Of a stretch of 64,000 nt of DNA, positions 63,292 through 64,000 are shown piece by piece. How positions within the stretch are numbered: the stretch's first letter is position 1; each line of letters begins with the position of its first letter. A program made the translations under genes and the position numbers. The DNA is from Trypanosoma brucei (taxonomy: Eukaryota): positions 2,048,001 to 2,112,000 of the forward strand of contig CM000207.1 in assembly GCA_000002445.1 (NCBI GenBank), read 5' to 3'. Below the pieces are notes generated by a model. That model saw nothing but the letters and a program-made list of their open reading frames with translations. It was not told where the DNA came from and ran no database searches.

Positions 63292-64000
63292 ACCGGAGGC
63301 ACACTTGTATCAAATGAGCTCTTCTCCCCCACACCTTTGTATTGCACAATTGCTTTCTTCCGTTATTTCCCCCGCGGTTATCACTGCTTGTCTTCCACAC
63401 CTTGGTTCCCCCTCCTTTAAAAAGAAACAAAGCAATCCTGTCCCTTTATCCACTTTGTTTTGATTCCTTCTGCTCTTTTTCTACGTAACCCCTATTTTTT
63501 TTTTTTAACTCCACTTTTTCCTTCTTGTGTGCTCTCCTTATCAAATAAGGAATAAAACTTTGTCTTATTACTACGTATATGTATAAATTACGTTTTCTGT
63601 GCGACGCTTCCGTTTACCCTAAATGAATAAGGTTTTATTTCGTTTTCGGTTACTTTTCATATGTTTGAACGAATCGAAATAACAAAAAGGAAAAGAGGTA
63701 AAAAAGACGACAAAGGGGGGGAAGCAATGAGTGCAATTTAGATTACCAGAAGTAAAGTATGGAAAAGAGAAAAAGAAATGAAGGAGTACAGAGTAAGAAA
63801 CAGACAGTGCTTCCGTATTTGAACTTTCGTCTTTCTCTTTTCATTTTTGCTTACTTTTTGTTTTGTTTTGTTTAGTTGTGCAAGTGTTGGAGTAAGGTGT
63901 GGAAAAGTTGGCGCTACGTCACTGTACCGCAGAATAAACTGGTTGCGGGAATGGACGGACGGACATCCAACAGCAACAACTGAAAATTATTGCGATAGGA

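Noticed and set aside
1-64000. Prokaryotic-type features (CRISPR arrays, operons, defence islands, IS elements) and kinetoplastid retroelements (ingi/RIME, SLACS, VIPER).
   Set aside because: The gene structure is clearly eukaryotic and kinetoplastid. There are no direct repeat-spacer arrays and no RT, endonuclease or transposase motifs in any frame.

Overview
This window looks like nuclear DNA from a kinetoplastid, most likely a Trypanosoma brucei-like trypanosome; the species call is an inference. The grounds are that all 19 supportable protein-coding genes lie on the minus strand and form one unidirectional polycistronic transcription unit. The coding sequence has moderate GC content. The intergenic spacers are very AT-rich and low-complexity, up to 4.5 kb long, and full of (TA)n, (CA)n and homopurine/homopyrimidine runs. 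A polypyrimidine tract (read on the minus strand) followed by purine-rich, AG-containing 5'UTRs sits upstream of each ATG, as expected for SL trans-splicing. I found no strand-switch region, tRNA, rRNA, CRISPR array, transposon or prokaryote-style defence island. Confidently recognised genes are the golgin p115/Uso1, transportin-1 (karyopherin beta2), prolidase (M24B), PARN deadenylase, Spt4, Pam16/Tim16, a HECT E3 ligase, a USP-type deubiquitinase, a PX-BAR sorting nexin and a DExH RNA helicase. Weaker calls are a Nop53-like and an Rrp7-like nucleolar pair, a SET-domain protein, a large LRR–WD40 protein and several lineage-specific hypothetical proteins. The most unusual items are (i) the 1578-aa protein with N-terminal RNI-type LRRs, C-terminal WD40 repeats and a possibly degenerate P-loop/Walker-B-like core between them; (ii) the DExH helicase, whose N-terminal third is R/G/H/Q-rich with 15-aa 'MDRDAAM' tandem repeats encoded by a 45-bp DNA tandem repeat; (iii) Spt4 with a ~60-aa poly-acidic tail; (iv) several unusually long low-complexity spacers (3–4.5 kb) that could hold unannotated ncRNAs or long regulatory UTRs. 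I could not support any discrete novel multi-gene 'system' from sequence alone.
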